From positions 1-64,000 of the IMG/VR virus record IMGVR_UViG_3300032291_002681: a stretch of 64,000 nt of DNA; one strand, 5' to 3'. Position 1 is the first letter of the stretch, and every line of letters begins with the position of its first letter. Below the pieces are notes generated by a model, which made no database searches, was not told where the DNA came from, and saw only the letters and a list, made by a program, of their open reading frames with translations. Both the position numbers and the translations under genes were made by a program. Positions 57,455 through 64,000 of this stretch are shown here, in pieces. This DNA is from a virus.

Positions 57455-58912
57455 ATGTGTGGAATCATAGGCGGTAATTGGTTTAGTTCGGAAGAACAAA
57501 CTCATACCCATTTAAATAAAATAATTCATAGGGGTAGAGATGCTTCCGAAGTGGATGTTGTAGATACTTTCTACATTGGACATAATCGTCTTTCAATACA
57601 AGACCTGTCATCAACTGCAAATCAACCAATGTGGAATGATGACAGGACAGTTTGTATTGTGTATAATGGTGAGCTATGGGAGAGTTCTCATACCGAAGAA
57701 CTAAAAAATAGTATCAAAACACCATTCAAAACGAAATCAGATACCGAAATAATCTTAAATGCATATTTGGATTATGGAACTGAATCATTCAAAGATTTGG
57801 ATGGTATGTTTTCGTTTGCAATAGTTGATAGTAAACTTAATAAAGTATTTGTTGTTAGAGATTATGTAGGAGAATTACCTTTGTGGTATGCAATTGATAA
57901 TGATAATAAATTAGTATTTTGTTCAGAAAAGAAAGGATTGCCTATTTCAGATTTATATGAGAAGCAAGTAAAGGCAATATATCCAGGTACATTTTTAGAA
58001 TACAATTACAAAACATTAGAACATACGATTAAAACATATTACAAACTTCCAACTGAAATAATAAACGATGATAGAGAAACTATCGTTAAGAATATTAGAA
58101 CAATGATGGAAGAAGCTGTAAAAGTTAAAATGGTATCGGATGTTCCTATTTGTACAATTTTAAGTGGTGGTATCGATTCGGTTATTACAACATACATACT
58201 TTCAAAAATCAAACCAGATATCCAAGCATTCGTTGTATCAATGGGTGATGGTGATACTAAAAATGATGATATAAAGTATGCAAGAATTGCAGCTAAAGAA
58301 TTTGGTGTAACACTACATGAAATTATTTTAACCGAACAAGATGTTGAAGATGCTATCAATGAAACTCTCTATGTGATTGAACAAAGTAGATGGCAAAATG
58401 TTGGTAGTGCAATTGCACAAATAGCATTATCTAAAAAGATAAATGAGCTAGGATTCAAAGTTGTATTTAGTGGTGACCTATCTGATGAAATTTGGGGGAG
58501 TTATGGACATATTCAAGCGTTTCATTGGAGACCTGAAGATTATGATAAGGCTAGAAGAAAATTGGTAGAGGATGTGCATAAAACGAACTTTTTAACAACA
58601 AATCAATCTATTATGTGGGGTGGAACCGTTGAGGTAAGAACTCCATATAGTTGGAGACCGTTTGTAGAATACACATTAAATATTCCACCATTATATCAGA
58701 AAGAAGGTGGGCACATGAAACCTCTATTAAGAGCTGCATTCAAAGGGGAGATTTCAGACGAACTATTATATAGACCAAAAGTTTACTTTGCAAAAGGATG
58801 TAGAACCGGTGATATGATGGAAGCCAAAAAAAATATTTTGAAATCTCAATTAAAATCACTATATTTGTATAAAGACGAAATAAACTTAAATAAATTCTTT
58901 CAATATGCTTAA
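57455..58912 (+). CDS. asnB: Asparagine synthetase B-like amidotransferase (Ntn glutaminase plus PP-loop synthetase)
   Basis: MCGI (Cys2 nucleophile); HRGRD; GHNRLSI; YNGEL; SDTE; LSGGIDS; SGDLSDEIWGSY; EVRTPY. Confidence 0.88.
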   Translation: MCGIIGGNWFSSEEQTHTHLNKIIHRGRDASEVDVVDTFYIGHNRLSIQDLSSTANQPMWNDDRTVCIVYNGELWESSHTEELKNSIKTPFKTKSDTEIILNAYLDYGTESFKDLDGMFSFAIVDSKLNKVFVVRDYVGELPLWYAIDNDNKLVFCSEKKGLPISDLYEKQVKAIYPGTFLEYNYKTLEHTIKTYYKLPTEIINDDRETIVKNIRTMMEEAVKVKMVSDVPICTILSGGIDSVITTYILSKIKPDIQAFVVSMGDGDTKNDDIKYARIAAKEFGVTLHEIILTEQDVEDAINETLYVIEQSRWQNVGSAIAQIALSKKINELGFKVVFSGDLSDEIWGSYGHIQAFHWRPEDYDKARRKLVEDVHKTNFLTTNQSIMWGGTVEVRTPYSWRPFVEYTLNIPPLYQKEGGHMKPLLRAAFKGEISDELLYRPKVYFAKGCRTGDMMEAKKNILKSQLKSLYLYKDEINLNKFFQYA

Positions 58913-59426
58913 TTTTGTAAAAGCCGAAAAAGGTACATCCGAAATGATAGAAGCCGTTAATCAAGCTTCAACCATCATTGATTTGTATCCTGAAATATTT
59001 CCACACTTATATAAACAAGGATTTAAGTTGGAAAAGTATATTGAAAAAGGTGGTATGATACTTCAGGATGGAGTTGTTATTACTTTTGGAAAATATAAAT
59101 CTCATGGTAGAATGAGTAAAAACGCTACCACTTATAAAAAGAAAGGTGATTACATTTTACATCAAATTGCAACTAATCATTCCAAATCAAACGCATCGAT
59201 AGAAGTTTTGAATAAGTTTGTAGAATATTGTAAAGAACAACATGCAGAAAACTTATTCTTAACTGTTAGAGCATTCAATTATAGAGCAGTACTTTTCTAT
59301 GAAAGATATGGATTCGTAAAAGATAGTGATATAACTTGGACTAGTAAAAAAGATGGAGTTATAAATGGGATTGTGTTTAGATTAAGATTGGTTGCAAATA
59401 AAAATATAGAAACAGTATGTATTTAG
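58905..59426 (+). CDS. GNAT-family acyltransferase
   Basis: YILHQIAT...LFLTVRAFNYRAVLFYERYGF (motif B); motif A is degenerate. Confidence 0.75.
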   Translation: MLNFVKAEKGTSEMIEAVNQASTIIDLYPEIFPHLYKQGFKLEKYIEKGGMILQDGVVITFGKYKSHGRMSKNATTYKKKGDYILHQIATNHSKSNASIEVLNKFVEYCKEQHAENLFLTVRAFNYRAVLFYERYGFVKDSDITWTSKKDGVINGIVFRLRLVANKNIETVCI

Positions 59427-60646
59427 AATATTTTGATAAATTCAAAGGAATGACTCCGTATCTTCACATAAATTCCGAAGAATGGAAACACATCAAACTT
59501 ACATTTGATGTTAATGATGTTAAAGAATCATTAGCAGAGGTAAGTATGACTTATGAGTTACCATACGCGGATATTAGCGAAGATGATGCAAGAAAAGAAT
59601 ATCTTGCACTTAAAGGCATTCGTTGGAATGAATTATTTACTGAAGGAGAATGGTTTCCGAGAAAAGCATCCGATTTCAGATATAGTTTAGATTTTCAAGG
59701 TAAACCACAATACATTCGTAGATTAAATACGGGTAACGATGCATCGAATCATTTCCAACAATCAAATCGTTGGAGTGTAGACGGTACCGTTTCACCTGGA
59801 CCAAAAAGAACTTGGGCAAGTAAAGAGTTTATGACAACTCTGATGGGAGGATTATATACTCTTAAATTTGATGAAGTTGGTAGAAACCAACTAAGAGTGT
59901 GTTTGAGTTTAAGAAAATATATTTGTTCACAATTTAAACCAAATGCTGCAAAAGTATTATACGATTTTTATGAAGCTAAAAACGTATTAGACATATCAGC
60001 GGGATGGGGTGATAGATTGTGTGGATTCTTTGCATCTGAATTCGGAGAACATTATGTAGGCATTGACCCTAGAAAAGAAAATCATCCAATCTACAATCAA
60101 CAGGCTGAATTTTATACTAAACACAATTCATTCTTTGAAACTGAAAAGAAAGCGGATTTTATAGAATCACCTGCCGAAGATGCGGATTTAACTCAATATA
60201 AAGACCACTTTGATATAGTATTTAGTTCACCTCCGTATTTCAATGTAGAACGATATTCATACGATGATACTCAAAGTTGGGTAAGATACAAAAATATAGA
60301 TGCATGGAATAAAGAATTCTTGCATAAAACAATTGCAAATGTATGGCCTACTTTGAAGAAAGGCGGTATATTGGCAGTTAATATTGCAGATGTATATGCA
60401 TCATCGAAAGGTGATGGTAAAGGCTATAAGGAAATTTGTAATCCAATGAATGATTTCATTCAAACATTAGGTGCAGAATACGAAGGGTGCTTGGGAATGG
60501 AAATGGCGAAAAGACCTGGTAGTGCTGGTGCAGCTTCTATTATAGAAGGGGATGAGGAAAGGTATAGTGAAGAAGCGTTAAAAAAGGCAGAAGAAGCGGG
60601 TGATAAAACATTTTGTGAACCTATCTGGATATGGAAGAAGTTATGA
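59417..60646 (+). CDS. Amino-(N6A/N4C) DNA methyltransferase-like protein 1
   Basis: SAM motif VLDISAGWGDRL...YVGIDP; catalytic SSPPYF. Confidence 0.8.
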   Translation: MYLEYFDKFKGMTPYLHINSEEWKHIKLTFDVNDVKESLAEVSMTYELPYADISEDDARKEYLALKGIRWNELFTEGEWFPRKASDFRYSLDFQGKPQYIRRLNTGNDASNHFQQSNRWSVDGTVSPGPKRTWASKEFMTTLMGGLYTLKFDEVGRNQLRVCLSLRKYICSQFKPNAAKVLYDFYEAKNVLDISAGWGDRLCGFFASEFGEHYVGIDPRKENHPIYNQQAEFYTKHNSFFETEKKADFIESPAEDADLTQYKDHFDIVFSSPPYFNVERYSYDDTQSWVRYKNIDAWNKEFLHKTIANVWPTLKKGGILAVNIADVYASSKGDGKGYKEICNPMNDFIQTLGAEYEGCLGMEMAKRPGSAGAASIIEGDEERYSEEALKKAEEAGDKTFCEPIWIWKKL

Positions 60647-61857
60647 TAAAAGAATATTTTAAAAAGTTTTATGGAATGGAACCGTATCTTCGTATTGAAA
60701 AAGACGAATGGCAGACTATTCTTAAAACTTATACAAAAGAAGAAATCATAGATGAACTTTCAGAAGTATTACACACATACCCACCACCAATTCCGAATAT
60801 TACGGAAGAAGATACTTTAGATGCTTATAAAAAACTAAAAGGTACTTGGTGGCCAGATATTTTGGTAGAAGGTAAATGGTTTCCACGCAATGAACGAGTA
60901 TCGAAATATCCATTAACTTACGATGGTTCTGAATTTTATTTTAGAAGAACTAATGTAGGTAATAATGCATCCAACCCATTTCACATAGAAAATCGTTGGA
61001 AGGTTGATTGGGTGAGAACGCCATCGGGTTGGAAAACTTGGCAAACGGTAGATGGTATTAAAACGATTGTGAGAGCATATTTTACTTTGGATAAAATGTT
61101 GTTAGATGTGAATTTGGAAACTTTGAAAATGGCAACAACATTAAGAAAGTATGTAGCATCACAATTTAAACCTGTTATAGCAAAAGCATTCTATGATAAA
61201 TTTCAGAGTGTTAATGTTATGGATTTTTCAGCAGGATGGGGTGACCGATTGGCTGGATTTTTTGCAGGAGAAACAACAAAATTTTATTTAGGTATAGACC
61301 CAAATAGTAGTAATCATCCTAACTACCAAAAACAAATTGAATTCTATAAAAAACATACAACATTTTTTGAAGAAGATAAAGATGCAAAAATGTTAGAAGC
61401 GGCAGCGGAAGATGTAGATTATTCGGAGTATGAAAACTTCTTTGATACAATCTTTACTTCACCGCCATATTTTAATACCGAAAGATATAGCTTTGATGAT
61501 ACTCAAAGTTGGATTAGGTATAAAAAGTTTGATGATTGGAACAAAGGGTTCTTTCATACAACTTTGGAAAAAATTATACCTACACTTAAAAAGGATGGTA
61601 TATTGGCAATCAATATTGCGGATGTATTTTCTGCACCTGATAAGGGGTATGTAGATATAGTCAATTCTATGAACGATTTCCTCCATTCTAAGGGGTTATC
61701 TTATAAAGGGTGTATTGGTATGGAAATGACAAAAAGACCCAACAGCGGAGGTGCTGGGATGGCGGTATCGGAGTATTATTCCGATGAATTGAAAGAAAAG
61801 GCGGAAGAAACGAAAAATCACGCATTTGGAGAACCAATTTGGATTTGGCAAAAATAA
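60643..61857 (+). CDS. Amino-DNA methyltransferase-like protein 2 (paralog of protein 1)
   Basis: VMDFSAGWGDRL...YLGIDP; TSPPYF. Start set at the ATGA overlap (MIKEYFKKF aligns with MYLEYFDKF); the listed start is 60631. Confidence 0.8.
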   Translation: MIKEYFKKFYGMEPYLRIEKDEWQTILKTYTKEEIIDELSEVLHTYPPPIPNITEEDTLDAYKKLKGTWWPDILVEGKWFPRNERVSKYPLTYDGSEFYFRRTNVGNNASNPFHIENRWKVDWVRTPSGWKTWQTVDGIKTIVRAYFTLDKMLLDVNLETLKMATTLRKYVASQFKPVIAKAFYDKFQSVNVMDFSAGWGDRLAGFFAGETTKFYLGIDPNSSNHPNYQKQIEFYKKHTTFFEEDKDAKMLEAAAEDVDYSEYENFFDTIFTSPPYFNTERYSFDDTQSWIRYKKFDDWNKGFFHTTLEKIIPTLKKDGILAINIADVFSAPDKGYVDIVNSMNDFLHSKGLSYKGCIGMEMTKRPNSGGAGMAVSEYYSDELKEKAEETKNHAFGEPIWIWQK

Positions 61858-61858
61858 A

Positions 61859-61890
61859 TTTGGTTTATTCAATAAAAAATCGTATATTTG
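61859..61890 (+). promoter_or_regulatory. Bacteroidota-type promoter
   Basis: TTTG at 61859, N20, TATATTTG at 61883. Confidence 0.8.
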
Positions 61891-61923
61891 TATTCACAAT
61901 TTAAAATTTAAACATAAACAAAC

Positions 61924-62643
61924 ATGAACAAAGCAAAACTTACAAGGTTCATCCAAAAGTACAGTTTGGGTGGGTTAGTAGAATCGGTAACATTGAAAGC
62001 AGGAGATAACAAATTAGTTACTCGTTTTATTTCAGATGACAAGACTGTATTAGGTGAAATTGAATTAGAAAAATTCACATTTAATTCTCCTGATTTAGGA
62101 GTGTACACAACATCTCAATTATCAAAACTACTTTCAGTAGTTGGTGAAGATATTGAATTGGATGTGCAAGAAATCGAAGGTAAAGCGGTAAACCTTTTCA
62201 TTAAGAGTGGTTCTACCAAAGTTCAATATCCATTGGCAGATTTGGCAGTTATTCCAAATGTACCGGATTTAAAAAAACTTCCAGAATTTGATATTGATAT
62301 CAATTTCGATGGTGCGTTTATTGACAAATTTATCAAAGCTAAAAACGCGTTGAGTGATGTAGATACTTTTACTGTGTTAAGTGAAAAAGGACAATTAAAA
62401 ATTGTACTAGGATATTCAAATATTAATTCAACTAGAGTTGATTTTGTAGTAAATGAATCACATAGTGGTGATGTAAAACCAATTTCATTCTCTGCTAAGT
62501 ATTTGAAAGAAATCTTAACCGCAAATAAAGAAGCAACTGCAGTTGTACTTAAAGTATCAACACAAGGTATTTCGCATGTTGAATTCAAAATTGATGATTT
62601 TACAGCAAAATACTTCTTAGTAGAACAACAATTATCAGCATAA
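61924..62643 (+). CDS. DNA polymerase sliding clamp (gp45/PCNA-like)
   Basis: 239 aa two-domain pattern (LGVYTTSQLSKLLSV...ISFSAKYLKEIL...VSTQGISHVEF...AKYFLV) in a replication context. Confidence 0.75.
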   Translation: MNKAKLTRFIQKYSLGGLVESVTLKAGDNKLVTRFISDDKTVLGEIELEKFTFNSPDLGVYTTSQLSKLLSVVGEDIELDVQEIEGKAVNLFIKSGSTKVQYPLADLAVIPNVPDLKKLPEFDIDINFDGAFIDKFIKAKNALSDVDTFTVLSEKGQLKIVLGYSNINSTRVDFVVNESHSGDVKPISFSAKYLKEILTANKEATAVVLKVSTQGISHVEFKIDDFTAKYFLVEQQLSA

Positions 62644-64000
62644 TGAGTTTTAACTATAAGAAAAAATATTTCTATGAAAAGAATGACTGGTTGTACGAAC
62701 CGGAAGTAAACTTATTATACGAAGATGTTCTCAAAATGCCATTCGCTGATTTTGAAAAGTGGGTGGCATTTTTCAGAGAACTTGCAGTAAGAGTTTGGAA
62801 TGAAACTGGCGCACCACCTCGTATCGGAGTAGACGAAGGCGAGATGATTGAGCAGTTTTCTAAACTACAAACTTACAAAGTAGAAAGGTTTGAAGAAAAA
62901 GATGACGATGGAAATGAAGTTATTTTTAATTTTAATAAGTTTGCAACACCAGTAAATCAATTCTTTCCTGCAATGTATAAGACTGGAATTGGTGGTTCGG
63001 CATACGATAAACCAAAACCATCTATATACGATGTATTTGCAGATGATACCTATTTGCCAGAATTTGTCAAACAAATGAGAAGATTGACAAGACAAGATGG
63101 TATGTATCGTTTTTCCAAAACCTTACATTTGGATAATCCAGAATTCCATAACTCGCACATTCAAAGTGGTAAGGAGTGGATTGAAAAATGGGCAGCTGGT
63201 AATAAAAAAGAAGGGTATGGGTTTTGTTTATCACAAGCGGATAGCAAAGTTCCATCACCACCAATTACCGCACAAGAAGTTAGGGACCTGTATAATGCCG
63301 GTATATTAAAGTATGAAAACATATCTTCATTAAAAACTGCCGATTGGGGTGAGAATATTGATAATTTAATTGATGTTCCAAAACAACCAATTCAGATTAA
63401 AATATATCCATTAGGACAGAGAATATTTCCTGAAGCAACTGCAGCATTTCGTATTGGTATGGGTACACAAGCGGTTGTAAACTTTCCACCACTTACTGCG
63501 AAGTATCTTTACAAAAGATTTACTGACCATATCAAAGAGCAAGATGTGATAAACATTTATGACCCATCTGCGGGTTGGGGCGGTAGAATATTAGGAGCAT
63601 TGAGTCTTGATGATAGAAATGTTCATTACATAGGAAATGACCCTAATACTGAAAACTACATTGAAGAAATTGGAAAAACTCGTTACGAATATCTTGCCGA
63701 ATTCTTTAACAATAAAGTACCTGGTGCGGCAAATCCTTTTTGGGGACACGCTAATACCTACGAAATATTTACAACGGGTTCAGAAGTTATTTCAGATGAT
63801 GAAAGATTCCAAAAATATAAGGGTAAATTAGATTTCGCATTTACTTCACCACCGTATTTTGATAGAGAAAGATATTCGGATGATGATACACAATCGTTTA
63901 AGAAATTCGGAAACTATGAAAGTTGGAGAGATGGGTTCTTAAGACCAACACTAACAACAATTTATGAATATCTTCGTAATGATAGATATGTTTGTTGGAA
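62643..64000 (+). CDS. Amino-DNA methyltransferase-like protein 3, 3'-truncated and missing from the ORF track
   Basis: ATG in a TAATG overlap with the clamp stop; frame is open to the window end (MSFNYKKKYFYEKND...NFPPLTAKYLY...IYDPSAGWGGRILG...YIGNDPN...FTSPPYFDRERYSDDDTQS...). Confidence 0.8.
   Translation, partial: MSFNYKKKYFYEKNDWLYEPEVNLLYEDVLKMPFADFEKWVAFFRELAVRVWNETGAPPRIGVDEGEMIEQFSKLQTYKVERFEEKDDDGNEVIFNFNKFATPVNQFFPAMYKTGIGGSAYDKPKPSIYDVFADDTYLPEFVKQMRRLTRQDGMYRFSKTLHLDNPEFHNSHIQSGKEWIEKWAAGNKKEGYGFCLSQADSKVPSPPITAQEVRDLYNAGILKYENISSLKTADWGENIDNLIDVPKQPIQIKIYPLGQRIFPEATAAFRIGMGTQAVVNFPPLTAKYLYKRFTDHIKEQDVINIYDPSAGWGGRILGALSLDDRNVHYIGNDPNTENYIEEIGKTRYEYLAEFFNNKVPGAANPFWGHANTYEIFTTGSEVISDDERFQKYKGKLDFAFTSPPYFDRERYSDDDTQSFKKFGNYESWRDGFLRPTLTTIYEYLRNDRYVCW

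Noticed and set aside
53482-62588. Longer antisense ORFs (53482..53943, 56463..56948, 62223..62588)
   Set aside because: They lie wholly opposite well-conserved genes, with no recognisable motifs or expression signals.
1-64000. Stop-codon reassignment, as seen in some Bacteroidota phages
   Set aside because: Genes are full length in the standard code with dense packing; no recognisable gene is broken by in-frame TAG or TGA.

Overview
This window is a fragment of a large, AT-rich, T4-style contractile-tailed (myovirus/jumbo) phage genome. All credible genes lie on the + strand and read in the standard code. Recurring TTTG-N20-TAnnTTTG promoters point to a Bacteroidota host. Positions 1-39 kb are structural: a repeat protein with seven CxRDxG phycobiliprotein-like units, two giant Ser/Gly/Thr-rich fibre genes (3780 and 2706 aa) with proline-free Gly-X-Y tracts, an LRR adhesin, chaperones, tail sheath, tail tube, a probable frameshifted chaperone pair, tape measure and baseplate genes. 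A tmRNA follows at about 39.0-39.4 kb. Positions 39.4-49.3 kb hold a compact family A polymerase, a secreted nuclease, probable head-internal proteins, SpeD and a GH19 endolysin. Positions 49.5-64 kb hold the replication and nucleotide block (SSB, RecA/UvsX, 5' exonuclease, helicase, an unlisted Hc1-like protein, NrdB, NrdA, thioredoxin, sliding clamp) plus an AsnB-like amidotransferase, a GNAT and three amino-methyltransferases. The best leads are: (1) the AsnB-GNAT-MTase cluster as a candidate new DNA hypermodification pathway; (2) bilin-site-like globin repeats and type-1 copper-site domains in virion proteins; (3) a T4-style hairpin that hides a start codon and carries the late-promoter motif in its loop; (4) a +1/-2 tail-chaperone frameshift; (5) a tmRNA with a 25-residue tag. 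All calls come from reading motifs by eye; no searches or computations were run.
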